A stretch of 64,000 nucleotides of DNA from a virus, in the IMG/VR virus record IMGVR_UViG_3300043539_001773; one strand, given 5' to 3'. Positions 34,049 to 45,381 of this stretch are shown here, piece after piece. Each line of letters begins with the position of its first letter. Within the stretch, counting starts at the first letter, position 1. A program made the position numbers and the translations under genes. The notes under the pieces are model-generated. The model ran no database searches. It worked only from the letters and a program-made list of their open reading frames with translations, and was not told where the DNA came from.

Positions 34049-35995
34049 TTATGCTACCATATCTCCTAGAGCAACCCATGTATCTGTTGCGCGTTTAATA
34101 AGTGTAGCAGATGACCAAGTTGTACGCAACTTGAGTCCAGGAGTACCGTTGACTGTTACTCCAGCACCTGCTGTCAAAGTGCACTGACCAGCTCCCGTTT
34201 GAAGAACTGTAATAGTAGTTCCAATAGGAAAGGCCACTGAAGAGTTGGGTGGTACTGTTAAAGTATTTCCTGAAGCAACGCCCATTTCAACCATCTTGCC
34301 ACTGTCTGCTAAGACTAATGTGTAGCTAGCTGTCTGGGCATTGGTAATTGTGTCAGTAATAATTCTCTGGTAGTTAGTGCCATCGTTGGTGAATTCCCAA
34401 CAGTCTGTTGTTTCATTCCAACGAAGAGCTACGTTTGTTGAAGTTCCGCGTTCTACTTCGATCCCAGCATTGACTGATGGAGTTCCTGCTTCATTATTAT
34501 TTAATATAATGATATTATCATCAATCGTTAAAGTCTCTGTATTAAGCGTTGTTGTTGTTCCAGAAACTGTGAGATTTCCAGAAACTGTTAAGTTTCCAGC
34601 TACAGTTGGGTTTGATGTGTTCACCCAAGCTGAACCATTGTATGAAAGAACTTGATTGGTTGCTGCTGTAGTAATTGTTACATCAGATAGGTCTGTAATG
34701 CCTAATGTTTCGGTGATTACAGCATTGATCCAAGCTGAACCGTTATACTTAAGAAACTGACCATTGGTAGCTGAAGTGATTGTTACTCCACCGATGTCAT
34801 CGATGTCATTAATTGTTGGAATAGCACCCCACTCAAGACCAGATGTGGCTGTAGAGTTCGCCTTCAAATAATATCCATCAGTACCAGCAGCTAAACGGGC
34901 GACTGTATTGTCCGCTGATCCAACAACAAGATCACCCTTAGCATCAATTAGTGATTTCAATACTGCGTTGTTGCCGGCATCAGAGACAGCTATTGTTGCA
35001 GCATTTTGAACAAATGCTGTAGTTGCCAATTGAGTGTTGCTAGTTGCATTTGCTGCTGTAGGAGCTGTAGGTACTCCAGTCAATGCTGGATCAGCTAAAG
35101 TTGCGTAGCCAGCGAATGATACGCTAGACGTTTCTTTACCAGATACTCTACCATAAGAATCTACAGTTAATCCACTAATAAATGAAGTGGTATTTGCGCC
35201 AGAAGTATTTGTCTGGCTAACTGTTGCTAAATCAATACTGTCTGCGTTAATAACAATTCTTGAAGAAGAAGCAGTTGCGACATCAAGTACATTACCGGTG
35301 CTTGTTAAACCAGCACCAGCTGTAAATGTTGCAGTTCCAGTAAACTGAGCGAAGGTTAAAGAATCTGTTCCAAAAACAATTGCATTATTTGTGCCAGTTC
35401 CAGTAGTGGTCAATGTAAATCCTTGGCCACCATTATTGGTTCCACTTACTACGTAAACTGAATCACCAGTAGAAACTTGACCAGGAACACTATTATTAGA
35501 ATCAGTACGACGAGTTAACACGAATGGAGTTGATACGCTACCTTGTTCGGTAATTGTGTATATTCCGTTTTGTGTTGCGTCTGCTTGATTTTTTACTAAA
35601 ATGCTTTTGCCTGTAGTTTGAGCAGAGCCGTCAACGGTTAATCTTCCGTTAGTATCGCCTGTTAATGTAGCACCTACACCCGATGTACCATTAGCGTATG
35701 TGCTAGCTGGTAAAGCTGCAGCTGTAGCAAACGCTACGGCTTCGTGCCAATTTAAACCAGCAGCTACGGTATCAACATAACCTCTTGTGGCAAGTGATGT
35801 CGAAGTAGTGCCTGCGTTTGAAGTGACAACTGAAAGAACGTTCAATGTTCCGTCTACTGCTATATTACCAACGACTGTACCAGCTGAGTTTTTAAATTCT
35901 GCTAATGGAGCGCTTGCTCCAGACGCTGCTTTGATTACGAAAGATTCATCGTATACTGTAATCTCAGGTGCGGTTTCAATTCTTAAGCGGGCCAT
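34049..35995 (-). CDS. Tail fibre / virion fibre protein
   Basis: Thr/Gly/Ala-rich, with LTGVPTAPTA and GQFLKYNGSAWIN repeats; C-terminal domain shared with 45962-49219. Confidence 0.75.
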   Translation of the reverse strand: MARLRIETAPEITVYDESFVIKAASGASAPLAEFKNSAGTVVGNIAVDGTLNVLSVVTSNAGTTSTSLATRGYVDTVAAGLNWHEAVAFATAAALPASTYANGTSGVGATLTGDTNGRLTVDGSAQTTGKSILVKNQADATQNGIYTITEQGSVSTPFVLTRRTDSNNSVPGQVSTGDSVYVVSGTNNGGQGFTLTTTGTGTNNAIVFGTDSLTFAQFTGTATFTAGAGLTSTGNVLDVATASSSRIVINADSIDLATVSQTNTSGANTTSFISGLTVDSYGRVSGKETSSVSFAGYATLADPALTGVPTAPTAANATSNTQLATTAFVQNAATIAVSDAGNNAVLKSLIDAKGDLVVGSADNTVARLAAGTDGYYLKANSTATSGLEWGAIPTINDIDDIGGVTITSATNGQFLKYNGSAWINAVITETLGITDLSDVTITTAATNQVLSYNGSAWVNTSNPTVAGNLTVSGNLTVSGTTTTLNTETLTIDDNIIILNNNEAGTPSVNAGIEVERGTSTNVALRWNETTDCWEFTNDGTNYQRIITDTITNAQTASYTLVLADSGKMVEMGVASGNTLTVPPNSSVAFPIGTTITVLQTGAGQCTLTAGAGVTVNGTPGLKLRTTWSSATLIKRATDTWVALGDMVA

Positions 35996-36028
35996 ATTAC
36001 TCCTAGTGTGGGTTTTAAAACAACTAGG

Positions 36029-36042
36029 GATATAGTAATGGG
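36029..36042 (-). promoter_or_regulatory. Putative phage late promoter motif
   Basis: CCCATTACTATATC, identical to 17001-17014. Confidence 0.55.
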
Positions 36043-36054
36043 TTAGTTAAAGAA

Positions 36055-36861
36055 TTATTGTGTTATTCTCTTTAAAAATTCTAACATTTTTCCCGTATAT
36101 TTAATACGCCCAAAATGGGTTAAGTTAATAGTTGGATCAACCCAAATTTTTCCGCCCATCTTCTGCCAGTATCTACAGAAGCCGTAATCCTCAGACAAAA
36201 ATCTTCCGTCATCATCTACATAAGAATTAAATAAAGCGTAGGCGTTTTCTATCTCTCCCCCATGCAAAGCGCCTGTATCATCTTTGTATTTTAACTTTTT
36301 ATACTTCTTAAACATCTTGTCAAATACTTGACGCTTGATAAGCATAAAACCAGTCCCGGCTTCGTAGCATTCGATTGCTCCGTTATCAATATTTAATTGA
36401 TTCTCACCTGGCTTTGTCATATGCACTACATATCTGCTGGCATATTCCATGAGGTCTTGGGCTGACATATCTGCTTGTGCAGCTTCTTTTACTTTGTCCC
36501 AATTGATTTCCTTGATTGGGTAAGACGCAGTCATAACATCTTTATCATGCCACAAAAGTTTTAATATAGCTTCTTTATCAAATTGAAGATCGACATCTAT
36601 AAATACCATGTGGGTAAAGTCTGGACTGCCCATGAACTTGGCAACAAGATTATTTCTTGCGCGGTTGATCAAAGAATCAGATATTGTGCAGACTGAATAC
36701 TTTAAACCTATTTCTTTAAAATAGAGACAAGCTTGCAAAAAGCTCATCATAAAAGGTTCTGTTACATGTGAGTCATAACAAGGAAGTGCAAAGAATACAT
36801 TCCACTGTTCGAGCTTTTCTTTAGGGATTGTTATGTTGATTTGTTGTTCTTCTACAGGCAT
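36055..36861 (-). CDS. GT-A fold glycosyltransferase
   Basis: SLINRARNNLV...MVFIDVD (DxD)...GTGFMLIKR...LSEDYGFC...IWVDPTINLTH. Confidence 0.8.
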   Translation of the reverse strand: MPVEEQQINITIPKEKLEQWNVFFALPCYDSHVTEPFMMSFLQACLYFKEIGLKYSVCTISDSLINRARNNLVAKFMGSPDFTHMVFIDVDLQFDKEAILKLLWHDKDVMTASYPIKEINWDKVKEAAQADMSAQDLMEYASRYVVHMTKPGENQLNIDNGAIECYEAGTGFMLIKRQVFDKMFKKYKKLKYKDDTGALHGGEIENAYALFNSYVDDDGRFLSEDYGFCRYWQKMGGKIWVDPTINLTHFGRIKYTGKMLEFLKRITQ

Positions 36862-36904
36862 AGAAATAATTATAGCATACGTTTTCTAAAAAGTCATACG
36901 AAAA

Positions 36905-37150
36905 TTAACTATTGAGAAACGCTTTTGCTTCCGATACAGAGTTTGAAAAGGTTGACTTTTGCCCGCCAGTTAAAGAACTATCTAATTTTACTAACATCAA
37001 TTCTAAATGCTCGTAATTTGCCCTTATTCTAGAATCTCTAATCTCTGATGGTGCTTCTTCCATTAATGAACTCAATGTAGTAACGCTATCGTTTAAAGCC
37101 GAGATATCTTGAGCTAATTTTTCTTCTGGGGTTTCATCCATTATTCTCAT
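36905..37150 (-). CDS. Hypothetical protein (fibre-associated)
   Basis: 81-aa ORF abutting the upstream fibre gene. Confidence 0.55.
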   Translation of the reverse strand: MRIMDETPEEKLAQDISALNDSVTTLSSLMEEAPSEIRDSRIRANYEHLELMLVKLDSSLTGGQKSTFSNSVSEAKAFLNS

Positions 37151-37152
37151 AC

Positions 37153-39235
37153 TTAGTCCTTTGATTGTAGTAATTGTTTTAAAGATTGCACTTCTGCTGA
37201 AAGGTCTTGTACGGCCTTAACTAATATAGGCACTAGTCTACCATAGCTAGCTTCTAGCTTATCAGGGTTAGATCTCATTGTCAGATTTAATATTTCGTGT
37301 GCATCTAATTCATCTTCTAGCTCAACAAAATCTTGAGCTAAGAAACCAAGATCTTTTTGACCGGCTTTTCCTCCGTCTCTCATGTTCCATTCAAATGTAA
37401 CTGGACGGAGTTTATTAATAAATTCTAAACCATATACAGAATCTTGAATACCTGTTTTGTCGCGGGCATCGGACAATGCTGTAATGCTTGTGACCTGACA
37501 ACGTAAGTGAGTTATATTAGAATCACCTAATGTTATCTTATTGCTATCTGTGACTGAAGCTGGTTGAGCATTGTAACCAAGATAGGCATTATTTGATCCG
37601 GTTGTTGCAGTTTGCCCAGCAGAATAGCCAGCGGCGGTATTGTAAGCTCCAGTGGTATTGTATAAAGATCTAAAACCTATAGCCATATTTCCATGGCTAG
37701 TTTGATTGTTGTATAGAGTTTCGTAACCTATGCCAATATTATCAACAGCTGTTGTATTTCCATATACAGCCGTTTCTCCTATGCCAATATTTCTAAAACC
37801 TGTTTCTGAGTTTCCATTTGTATTATATAAAGATAAATAGCCTAGTGCTATGTTATTTGTTGCGCCAGTGTTTGAATATAATGCCTGAAGTCCTATTGCT
37901 ATATTCCTAGATCCTGATGTATTATTATAAAGATTTTTATACCCTTGTGCTATATTATATGTACCTGTAGTATTGCTATAAAGAGCTTGATAACCTTGAG
38001 CTATATTATAACTTCCAGTTGTGTTGTAATAAAGAGTATTTGCACCAAGTGCTATATTAGAAGAGCCGCTTGTATTGCGAAATGACGCAGACAACCCTAA
38101 AGCAATGTTATAAGAACCGGTATTTGGATATACGGAATACGAAGGAGTAGCTCCTCCTATTCTTGATCCATCGCCACCTATTGCTCCTGTTCCTACGGCA
38201 ATATTATTACCACCCGTAGTATTATGAGCTAGTGCACCACCGCCAATTCCTATATTAGAATCTCCAGTATTTGGAGTTGCATCTGATAGGTAAATGCTGG
38301 GGTAACCATAGTCATCTAATGTTGTACCATCCCATTGGTATACTTTGCTTGACATTGCTGAGCCTATTGCTATATTATAACCGCCTGTTGTTATGCCCGC
38401 TCCACCACCAAAGATATTATTACCATAACCTGTAGTTAAACTAGATGCAGCACTAACCCCAAAAATATTATTGCTAGAACCAGTTGTTATTTTATAGCCA
38501 GCACTACCCAAAACTGTATTACCCCAACCTGTTGTCTGCCTCCATAAAGCCCCATCTCCAACAGCGACACTTAACGGGAAGGAACCAATTGCAGAGTATA
38601 ACGCTTTAGCGCCTATTGCAATCGAATAACTTGGAGTAGCAGCACTATATAATGCGTAATCACCTATAGCTATTTCCCCATCTGTTATCAATGCGGAATA
38701 CATTGCCTGATGGCCAATTGCAATTCCGGTTGACGGAGTAGCACCACCATAACCAGGATATATAGTGTCATAGACATTATATGATAAGTTATGAAAAGCT
38801 TCTTCTCCAATAGCAATAGCATTACTTACATTCGTAGCGTTTTCTAATGCACCGTTTCCTATGGCAATGTTATCTGAACCAGTCAGGTTAGATCCTAGTG
38901 AGAGCCAGCCAATACCAATGTTGTCATTGCCTGTAGTATTATTAATTAGTGATCCAGCACCAAGTGCTACGTTATAGCTTCCAGTCGTATTGTCGACAAG
39001 ATTACTATCTCCAATTGCTACGTTATCAACACCTGTAGTATTTGAATATAATGCCCCATAACCTATAGCTGCATTGAAACTACCTGTAGTATTGTTTGCT
39101 AAAGCCAAATAGCCTAAACCAACATTCATTTCCCCAGTGGCATTTGTGCCTAATACATTATAACCTATAGGTATATTGTATAATTTATTAGCGAATTGTA
39201 TTCCGGTGTTCTATATTAAAATATTGAATAGCCAT
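37153..39235 (-). CDS. Tail fibre/spike with NxAxG beta-roll repeats and C-terminal peptidase S74 chaperone (~693 aa); +1 shift at CGG 39203-39205
   Basis: NTTGxxNxAIG repeats; SDARDK...LRPVTFEW...GFLAQ...YGRLVPILVKAVQDL. The upstream ATG 39235 (SD AGGA) joins via EH-(C)GGA-IQFANK. Confidence 0.8.
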
Positions 39236-39244
39236 TTTGGTCCT

Positions 39245-40903
39245 TTAAACTGTTAATCTCTCTTTAATAACATTAACATTAGCGTTAGTTGAGCTAGCGT
39301 CTGTTATAGTACATCTTAGTCTAACGTAATTGTCATTTATATCTGAGGTAAATGTAACAGGTATTACGGGCGATCCTATTTCCGTTCTTCCGTATTGGCT
39401 TACCGTCACAGAGCTGCCATTGTGAATTGCTAAACACTTAATAAATGTATATTTACTTCCCTGGGTTACTTGGATAGTGAACTCAGCACTTCTGTATGAC
39501 AGAGCGCTAAAGCTATCAATTGTTGTTGCGGAATTTGTAGTTACACTCGTAGATGTTATGTCTGAGACATTGCTTGATCCACCAACAATTGTTTTTTTAG
39601 TTACGCTAGTTGTAACATTTGTAGACGCTGCGTCAGTTGCAGTTGCTCTTAATCTAACTACCCCATCATTAATATCACTTGATATTGTTATTGGAATTGC
39701 CGGTGAACCAATTTCAGTTCTTCCATATTGGCTAGTAAAAACAGTTGATCCATCATGGATAGCTAAACATTTGATTAAAGTATACTTTGTTCCTTGGACT
39801 GCCTGAACGGTAAACTCAGCGCTTCTAAAACTAGCTGACGCAAAACTATCTATAGTTGCAATAGCATTTGAAGTAATTGTTGTAGAAGTTATTTGGTCAT
39901 CATCAACTGAATCATAATTAATAAGACTTGCTTTTTTCCAGCTATTTGGCTCAGTGCACACATATATGTAGTTCGAGTCCCAAGCCATATCCCCAGCTAC
40001 TCCACTAGAAGTGGATGTGCTTGGAACTACTGTGGATATATCACCAAAAGAAGGAGTATGTTTTTTCCCACCAATTCCAGTAAAAACTGTAACTTTTTTA
40101 GAAGAATTTTCTGGTGCAGTTGTAAAATAAACTGTCACCGTGTTTGTTGTTGTAGCTTCCCATCTTGTATCTAGTATTTGGTATGGGCTTTGTGTATTTC
40201 TAACTATAATGTTTATATCTCTTGTGCCTAAATTGTGAGTTAGAACAAAACTAGTAGAGCTGCCATCACCAATCAAACTTGAGTATTCATATCCTTCAAG
40301 TGGCAAGAACACAGACGCTACAAGAGATCCTGCTTGTGGTGCTGTGCTAAAGTCTAAAGTAAGTTTATTTGCACTTGGTGCAAGGACTCCAACTTCAACA
40401 ATTTCATAAGGAGAATCTGAATTTACGACTGTAGCGTAAACGTCTCTAGAGCCTAGATTATGAACTAGATCTATGCTAGAACTTGTTCCATCCCCTATGG
40501 TTGAGGTGTAGTAACTAAGTGTTCCAGCTGAGGCTATAAAAACCCTTCTGGACGAAGCTGATACAGCTGTAGAAAAGTCTAATGTTATAGAATTATCTGT
40601 TGTGGCTTCCCATCTAACCGCAACAGTATCATAAGGGCTATTTGCGTCTTTGACTATGACAGAAATATTTTTAGTACCCAAATAATGATCTACAACATAT
40701 GTAGAGTTTGTGCCATTGCCTATAGTTTGGGAGTAGGTGCTGACTACTGGATCTATATTGTCTGCTGCTGGAGCAAATTTAGATCCATCAAATTTTAGAA
40801 CTTGACCAGAAGTGGCGTTAGAAAGATCAATTTGTACGCCATTGATCGTAGCGGTGTCGCCAACGATTAAGCTGTTCTTGACTACAAAGTCTTTATTCGC
40901 CAC
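39245..40903 (-). CDS. Virion fibre/structural protein with internal repeats
   Basis: Three IGDG...H.LGT repeats and two IDSF...RSAEF.IQ..QG repeats; GTG start with SD GAGG. Confidence 0.7.
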   Translation of the reverse strand: MANKDFVVKNSLIVGDTATINGVQIDLSNATSGQVLKFDGSKFAPAADNIDPVVSTYSQTIGNGTNSTYVVDHYLGTKNISVIVKDANSPYDTVAVRWEATTDNSITLDFSTAVSASSRRVFIASAGTLSYYTSTIGDGTSSSIDLVHNLGSRDVYATVVNSDSPYEIVEVGVLAPSANKLTLDFSTAPQAGSLVASVFLPLEGYEYSSLIGDGSSTSFVLTHNLGTRDINIIVRNTQSPYQILDTRWEATTTNTVTVYFTTAPENSSKKVTVFTGIGGKKHTPSFGDISTVVPSTSTSSGVAGDMAWDSNYIYVCTEPNSWKKASLINYDSVDDDQITSTTITSNAIATIDSFASASFRSAEFTVQAVQGTKYTLIKCLAIHDGSTVFTSQYGRTEIGSPAIPITISSDINDGVVRLRATATDAASTNVTTSVTKKTIVGGSSNVSDITSTSVTTNSATTIDSFSALSYRSAEFTIQVTQGSKYTFIKCLAIHNGSSVTVSQYGRTEIGSPVIPVTFTSDINDNYVRLRCTITDASSTNANVNVIKERLTV

Positions 40904-40971
40904 TAAAGTTCACTGTCCCTCTAGTTTAAAATTTAATTGTATTATTAAATTGTAAAACTTATATAATTATA

Positions 40972-43846
40972 TCACACTGCTATAAGTGTTCTTGCTATCT
41001 TGACTGTCGCATTTGTTGATGCAGCATCTGTAATGGTAACTCTTAGCAATACGTTTCCTGCAGAAATCGAAGTTGAGACTGTTAAAGGAATAACTGTTCC
41101 GCCCAATTCAATTACTGCATATTCTGACAGGTAAGAATCTGTTCCATCATGAGCAAGTAATACCTCTGAAGTTGTATACTTTGAACCTTGAGTTACTTGT
41201 ACAAGATACTTAGCTGTTCTGTAGACTGTCTTATCAAAGCTGTCAACTGTTGTGACCGTGTTCACGGTAACTACTTGAGTTGAAGTGTTAAGTTCACCAG
41301 TTCCAGAATCAAGTGTTATTGCTCCAGTTGCTATGCTACCAAAGGTAACTGCTGCATTGGTGGCAACGTCCTGGCCAATTGAAAGGCTGATTGTATTAGC
41401 ACTGTCGTTATAGGCCTTGGTTACACCCGTACCTGCCGTTATCGCGCCTTCTACAGCGTCCTGAGCTGCCTCAGTGAAGTCTGAGACCTGGCTGGCAGTA
41501 ATCGAGATAGACGAGTTAGAAGCTGCTGTAAGGCGTCCCTGAGCGTCTACGGTAAATGTTCCTACGGAAGACGAGCTACCATAGCTACCAGCCGTAACAG
41601 CTGTGTTAGCAAGATCTAACGTAACGGCACCAGAGGTGCCACCGCCAGTCAATCCTGTTCCTGCCGTTACTGACTCAATGTCTCCGGCATCGTTTGTGAA
41701 GCTAATAACACCAGTTGAAGAATTATAGGCCAAATCTCCTGAAACGCTTATTTGCGCTCTTGTGTTTGCGGTGAAGTCCGAAATCTTTGCTGCTGTCAAA
41801 GTAGTAAATGTCAAGTCTCCAGCACCGTTGGTCATTAATACTGCACCGTTGGCTCCATCAGCACCAACTGCTGAAATGATTGAAGCTTCCGTTGTGCCAA
41901 CAATTGTTGTAAAGTCTAATACTCCAGAACCATTAGTCGTTAGGGCTTGTCCTGCAGTTCCGTCACCACCAGCTGCTGCAATGAGAGCAGCTGCAGTTAC
42001 GTCTCCGAGGTTAGCATAGTTTGTTCCGTCATTTGTGAATGACCACTTATCTGTAGTTTCGTTCCAGCGAAGTTCAACATTTGGTGAATCACCACGTTCA
42101 ATTTCAAGTCCAGCATCTGCTGATGGTGAACCAGTTACACTTGAATTGAGAAGAACTTTATTATCCTCAATAGCTAAAGTTTCAGTATTAAGAGTTGTGA
42201 CATTTCCATTAACCGTCAAATTACCTGTAACAGTAAGATTGTTAGAAATCGTAACGTTAGCTGGAAGACTAAGGGTAACTGCTCCAACGCCAGAGTTCGA
42301 TACTGTTATCTCGTTTGCTGTTCCCGTTAAACCGGTAACAAGGTTTGTACCCCTGTCGCTGATCTGCGAAGCTGTTACTGAGATTGTAGTATTTCCAGCA
42401 GCAGTTAGGCGTCCTTGTGCATCAACTGTAAATGTTCCAACAGTACCCGCACCACCATATGATCCAGCTGTAACAGCTGTTGAAGCCAAGTCAAGAGTAA
42501 CTGCACCAGAAGTACCGCCACCGGTTAACCCTGTTCCGGCTGTAACTGATTCAATATCGCCTGCGTCATTTGTAAAGCTAATTACACCAGTGCTTGAGTT
42601 ATACGCAAGATCTCCAGAAACGCTAATCTGTGCTCTTGTGTTGGCAGCGAAGTCTGAGACTTGGCTAGCAAGAATACTGATTGCATTTTGTGATGCTGCG
42701 GTCAAACGACCTTGTGCATCTACAGTAAAAGCAGTCGCTGTATTCGCATTGCCGTATGAACCAGCTGTTACTGCAGTACTGTCAAGATTAAGGGTAATTG
42801 TATCAGTGTTTGAAGTAACAGAAGTTAAGCCCGTGCCACCCAAAATACTGAGGGTATCTGAACCCGAAGTAATTGTCTTGCTTGTTCCTGAATCGCCTGC
42901 AACTTCAAATGCAGTAGCTACGTTTGCAACTAAGTTTGCTGCATAGTTCTGTGCTGCGGTTTGTGCAGATGAAGCTGCACCAAAAGCATCAAACGTATTA
43001 GCCGTTACTGCTATTGTTGGAGTAGAGCCTTCACCACTATTATTTGTAAGAGTGATTGCAGTTCCAGCTACTAAACTAGAAACATAATCTCCAATAGTGT
43101 CAGTTGAAAGGTTTACTGCATCGTTAATCCAAACTGAACCATTGTAACGGAGGAAGTCTCCATTGGCAGCTGAAGTTAAAGTGACATCAGTTTGACCTGC
43201 TAGAGTAGTGGTAATTGTGCTACCAGCAACTGCTGCATAGACGCCAACTCTAACTGAGCTAGCAGACGGAGCTGCAGAGAAATCTAAAGTAACAGTTCCA
43301 GTTGTTGTGGCTTCCCAACGGACATCGATTACCTCATATGGGCTTGCTGCGTTGCGCGCAACAACGACAACATCTCTTGTTCCCAAGGAGTGAGTAATTG
43401 TAAAACTAGTAGCGCTACCATCTCCAATGGTTGAAGTGTAAACTGTTCCAGCTAAACCAGTGTCTGTTCCTGGAGCAAACTTAGTTCCATCAAACTTTAG
43501 AACTTGGTTAGTGGTGGCTCCAGTTGTGTCAATTTCAATTCCGTCAACAAATAGAGTTGAAACATTAGCCTGAGTAGTCTGGATCGTAGATGGAAGACTT
43601 AGAGTATAAACTCCAGTGGTAGCATTAGCCGCAACAGCTATCTGACTTGCCGTGCCAACAACGTTGGATATTAATTTAACTCCGTATTACAGCATTTGCT
43701 GTTTTATTCTTATAGAACAACTTACCGTCAACAACGTTAATCGCCAATTCACCCTCAGCAAGGGAGCTTGGGGTATTGTCTGCTTCATCTGATCTCTTAA
43801 TTAAGAGAGTATTATTTGTTGCAAATTTAGATCCACTATAAGCCAC
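40972..43846 (-). CDS. Long fibre protein (~957 aa); +1 shift at CGG 43682-43684
   Basis: GTG 43846 with SD GAGG. The N-terminal LIKRS...LAEGELAINVVDGKLFYKN, a domain shared with the other fibres, joins ORF 40972-43386 via VI-(C)GGA-VKL. VTAGSYG...TVDAQGRLTAA repeats. Confidence 0.8.
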
Positions 43847-43944
43847 GGATTACCTCTTTTGTTCTAGAATAGTTCTTGTACTATAGTAATCATATCACAA
43901 ATATTAATTAGCTTAAAAATAAAAAAATATATCAATTATAACAA

Positions 43945-44872
43945 TTAAGTTAAATTCCTATAATCGAACCCTAATACCTCTAAATATTCAAGATAGCTTT
44001 CCTCGTCTTTTGCGGCAAGTGGTCCGAACTCTTTACCCATGAGAATGTCTTTATATGCATCGCGATTATTGAATGACGGTCCTTTTGCTAATTCAAATTT
44101 ACGCCAGTTAGTATTACTTAATTCGGTTGCCTTATTGTATTCTGGTGTTTTTCCTAAATGAAATAAAACGCTTTCTTTTAATGCAAATATTCTAAAATCA
44201 TTTGTCCAAGCCCTAAGTGCAAAAGTATGTTCTTCCCCAAAAAAGGTAACTCTAGGATCTGGAATTATTTTCTTAAAAAATTGATTTGAACTAAACATAA
44301 AATGTCCGGATACGAAATGCGATTCTGCGTACTCTTTACCATTCCAATGGTCAATATTATCATCTTTTTCTGTGATATTAGGTTTTAGCACTCTGATACT
44401 TTCATTCCACATATGCACTGGAGCTATTGTGCCAGGACCATCATCATAATAAGTTTCTTTGCCTTCTTCATCTTTTATAAACCATGGAATTCTTGAACTT
44501 ATAAGAATATTATAACAGTAGGTTTCAGATATTAAATTATAATAATATTTTAAAGTCTTATCCCAATTTTTTTTAAATCTCATATGGCCGGTCAATTCGC
44601 ATAACATACTGCTCATCCTGCAGTAACCATGTGGCGATCAAAAATCCCATCCCCAGACCAAGAGCATAAGGTGTAGTTAGATTAGCTGTTCTTACATTTG
44701 GAAAAGAAGAAAAGTCTTCAAAATTGCTATCTGTTCTTTGGTTGCAAATCCCAACATATACATTATCTGGTTTTTCTGCGTTGGCATAAATGCTTTTGAT
44801 AGTATTTAAAAGATCTTCTTCTTTAAAAGAAGGAATGGCTATAAATATATCTTCATTCAATATACTTACCAT
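43945..44872 (-). CDS. GlcNAc-transferase-like glycosyltransferase (Gnt1/GT60-like, ~308 aa); +1 shift at CGG 44588-44590
   Basis: IFIAIPSFKE...YVGICNQ...YVMRID-(C)GGC-HMRFKKNWD...FVSGHFMFS...FFGEE...RAWT..F...H, matching the family pattern IDSHMRF / F.GEE. Confidence 0.8.
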
Positions 44873-45093
44873 TTCCCCAGTGGGCATGTTGCTCTTTTGA
44901 GCTTAACCTTTAATGACATAATGCATCCGCATTCTTTGCATTGCTTTGTAGCTACTGTTAGCCTATCACAATCAAGGCAAGTGTCATATCTAGCTTTAGC
45001 TTCCTCTTCAGAAGCTTTTTCCTCATTTGGATTTAATAAATCCCAAGGACGCGTATTACCTAATTTAGCTTTGTATTCTTTCCAAGCACTCAT
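44866..45093 (-). CDS. Small Cys-rich metal-binding protein
   Basis: RYDTCLDC...CKECGCIM...CPLGKW. Confidence 0.75.
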   Translation of the reverse strand: MSAWKEYKAKLGNTRPWDLLNPNEEKASEEEAKARYDTCLDCDRLTVATKQCKECGCIMSLKVKLKRATCPLGKW

Positions 45094-45101
45094 GATACAT
45101 C

Positions 45102-45335
45102 TTAGGCTATTGGCTTGAAAAAATCTGTCCCATCATATACCCAACCAAGTGCAACTTCATTAACTTGCTCTTGAGTCATCTCTACAATCGTTGGATTAGA
45201 TTTCATCCCAGCCATTACTGGGCCTCCGCTTCCTGCAATACCAACTTTGCCAGTATATTCTCCGTCAACAAGAACAGCAAAAAAAGTAAAATCATTATAG
45301 TCAGTAATCTCTGGTATTTCAATTGCCATTAGCAT
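45102..45335 (-). CDS. Hypothetical protein
   Basis: 77-aa ORF with SD AAGGAG, ending GWVYDGTDF. Confidence 0.7.
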   Translation of the reverse strand: MLMAIEIPEITDYNDFTFFAVLVDGEYTGKVGIAGSGGPVMAGMKSNPTIVEMTQEQVNEVALGWVYDGTDFFKPIA

Positions 45336-45381
45336 TTCTCCTTTTTGAAAAATTTATATATTTTTATTGTACCATATTTAA

